The notes under the pieces: model-generated
What the model was told of the DNA's origin: nothing
What the model saw: only the letters and a program-made list of their open reading frames with translations
The model's database searches: none
Part shown: positions 23,469-24,881 of the stretch, one piece after another
How positions within the stretch are numbered: the stretch's first letter is position 1
Layout: the number at the start of each line of letters is the position of its first letter
Position numbers and translations under genes: made by a program
IMG/VR virus record: IMGVR_UViG_3300046710_000056
Span: 1-24,881 of that record
Origin: a virus
Lineage: Duplodnaviria; Caudoviricetes
DNA length: 24,881 nucleotides
Reading direction: 5' to 3' (one strand)

Positions 23469-23496
23469 AAGCCCCGCCCAGTGCGGGGCTTTTTTT
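23469..23496 (+). terminator. Rho-independent terminator
   Basis: AAGCCCCGC-CCAGT-GCGGGGC followed by TTTTTTT. Confidence 0.9.
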
Positions 23497-23611
23497 CGTC
23501 TAATGGAAAGTGGGCACGTTGGGGCAACCTGTGCGCGTGCGGCGTACATCTCTACACCGAAGATAGATGGGCGGGCCGTGGGAGTTGGCCTGTATGTACC
23601 CACGTTCGAGA

Positions 23612-23627
23612 GTGACCGTAGTAGTCC
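23612..23627 (+). repeat. 16-bp direct repeat GTGACCGTAGTAGTCC, copy B
   Basis: Identical to 22725-22740. Confidence 0.85.
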
Positions 23628-23703
23628 GCCCCAGCCACGCAAAGCAGTGTAGAGATGCACACAAATTGACATAGCCTATGTATGCGCACAGGTTAATGCC
23701 CCT

Positions 23704-23720
23704 TGGTAACTGAGTTACCT
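23704..23720. promoter_or_regulatory. Palindrome tGGTAACTGAGTTACCT, copy 2 (opposite orientation, 16/17 match)
   Basis: The core GGTAACTGAGTTACC (23705-23719) is the reverse complement of the core of copy 1. Confidence 0.7.
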
Positions 23721-24133
23721 ATGGATACGCATATTCCCCGTTACGCACCAATAACCTTGAAACGCAGGGTTACTTCTATCCCTTGCGTATTTTGGGCGTC
23801 GGCGGCAAGGCGAGGCCACACACCGCAAATGACTGGTATATATAGATTTAATCAATTAATAATATATATAGGTGTAGCTTTACACCATTACACTGGAAAT
23901 CGTTAATCCTGAGGCACACACTGGCGCGGGAAATGCGGTTCTTGGTGATGAGAGACGCGCCGCATCGCACTCTTCCCGCTTCACGTTCTCAAAAACGCGC
24001 TGCATCGCTCAAATACCCGTGCCAAAATGCTGGTGTGTGATTGGGAAATAAGCCTTTTCCGGTGTAATGGGTTTAGTATGCAAATAATCATGCACTTACA
24101 CTACACCGCTTTTCTCGAAACCCTGCATACCAC

Positions 24134-24162
24134 TTGACATTGGTGTGTATTAGGCCCACAAT
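24134..24162 (+). promoter_or_regulatory. Sigma70-type promoter
   Basis: TTGACA (24134-24139), 17-bp spacer, CACAAT (24157-24162), upstream of ATG 24210. Confidence 0.75.
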
Positions 24163-24209
24163 GAGCACTTCTACATCTTCCTTACCACTACTAGAGGAAA
24201 ATCCCTTCT

Positions 24210-24881
24210 ATGAACTCACCATCCTCCACCGCCGAGTACCTCAAACGCCCAATGACCGGCGAAACTGACCTCTACATATATGCACGCGCATACATCTCCG
24301 AGGAACGACCGCGCCGCTACTCGTTGTTCGCCATCCCCTCATTTGTGGCCGCATTCCGTGCAATGAGTGTGGCCGACCAGCGCGCTCAATGGGAGAAGCT
24401 CAGTGTCACCCGTTCCGGTGCTGCCACCCAGCTCACGCCGCCGGTCACACTCGATCAATGGTTCCACGATCTCTGCCGGTTGCCCAGCGCGTTCGACTTC
24501 ACAGCGCGATGCTGGACGCTGGGTGCGTGCTGCCCCGAGGTGTGGTTGCGTGAGCGCATGGCTGAGCGGCTCGAAGCGGTCAAGGTAACTCAGTTACCTC
24601 CGACCCGAGAGTACTTGAATGGCGAGAACAAGCGGAAGCGCACCGCATGGCAAGGCGTTCTCGCACCGGGCTGGCTCAAGGCGATGACGCAGAAGATCAT
24701 CGGCGAGATGGACGCGATGGAGTATCAGGCGTGGCTCGGTGGGCCAAGCGACCCGGCGAGGTATCCGCTCGTGATGGTCCACGACAAGGCCGCGCAGCGG
24801 GGAGAGATTGACGGGATTGAACGCAAGCACTTTGTCTCCCACCCAGCAGGCGTGCCGGACACACCGAAACGGAAGGGGGCG
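24210..24881 (+). CDS. Hypothetical protein, 3'-truncated by the window edge (at least 224 aa; not in the ORF track)
   Basis: RBS-like AGAGGA upstream; ATG 24210 opens MNSPSSTAEYLKRPMTGETDLYIYARAY... with no stop before 24881; preceded by a good promoter. Confidence 0.75.
   Translation, partial: MNSPSSTAEYLKRPMTGETDLYIYARAYISEERPRRYSLFAIPSFVAAFRAMSVADQRAQWEKLSVTRSGAATQLTPPVTLDQWFHDLCRLPSAFDFTARCWTLGACCPEVWLRERMAERLEAVKVTQLPPTREYLNGENKRKRTAWQGVLAPGWLKAMTQKIIGEMDAMEYQAWLGGPSDPARYPLVMVHDKAAQRGEIDGIERKHFVSHPAGVPDTPKRKGA
24583..24599. promoter_or_regulatory. 17-bp palindrome AGGTAACTCAGTTACCT, copy 3 (inside a CDS)
   Basis: Exact match to 22764-22780; encodes KVTQLP in the 24210 ORF. Confidence 0.7.

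Larger units (their letters stand above)
23521..24107 (+). ncRNA. Candidate large structured non-coding element (RNA or ssDNA structure)
   Basis: No convincing ORF; several nested inverted repeats of 6-15 bp, many with G-U pairs on the plus strand (listed in findings). Confidence 0.45.

Noticed and set aside
23666-23697. Perfect TTGACA as a promoter
   Set aside because: There is no acceptable -10 at 16-18 bp spacing (GTTAAT is 20 bp away), so it is not called, although it lies in an unpaired part of hairpin domain 1.
23703-23906. 67-aa ORF (TTG start) and the overlapping ORFs 23349-23672 and 23371-23652
   Set aside because: They have no clear RBS, run through a terminator, the palindrome or the AT tract, and have atypical composition. 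The region is better explained as non-coding.
22725-24599. Repeats considered as a CRISPR array or integron attC sites
   Set aside because: Copies are 16-17 bp and about 900 bp apart, with no 30-40-nt spacers and no cas or integrase gene in the window. The GTTACC half-site does not fit the attC GTTRRRY core or its bulged-hairpin architecture.
23521-24881. Structured region plus downstream ORF as a retron, DGR or group II intron
   Set aside because: There is no reverse-transcriptase motif (YxDD) in the visible ORFs and no TR/VR pair differing at adenines. The truncated last ORF cannot be fully excluded.
1-24881. tRNA, rRNA, integrase, transposase or att site
   Set aside because: None was recognisable, so lifestyle (temperate or lytic) cannot be determined from this window.

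Overview
This window is a GC-rich segment of a tailed dsDNA phage or prophage, probably podovirus-like and probably from a proteobacterial host (inference from the Rz/Rz1 spanins and sigma70-type promoters). Positions 1-22133 are one tightly packed minus-strand late region, read right to left: small Cys-motif protein, terminase small and large subunits, a 70-aa adaptor plus a 696-aa lectin/SGNH-esterase appendage protein, portal, an overlapping small gene, scaffold, N4-gp56-type major capsid protein, small head proteins, head-tail adaptor, a 476-aa and a 2463-aa probable ejection protein (the latter with an HExxH motif), a lysis cassette (membrane protein, M15-type endolysin, holin, Rz with embedded Rz1) and one more virion protein. 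From about 22200 the orientation switches to plus-strand, probably early, genes arranged as promoter-gene-terminator cassettes. This region carries the most unexplained structure: three copies of a 17-bp palindrome (AGGTAACT[C/G]AGTTACCT), a repeated GTGACCGTAGTAGTCC motif, a duplicated promoter-like block, and a ~600-nt non-coding stretch (23521-24107) of nested long-range inverted repeats with many G-U pairs around an AT-rich core. That stretch is a candidate large structured ncRNA or structured replication origin. All family assignments come from motif recognition by eye; no database searches or folding programs were run.
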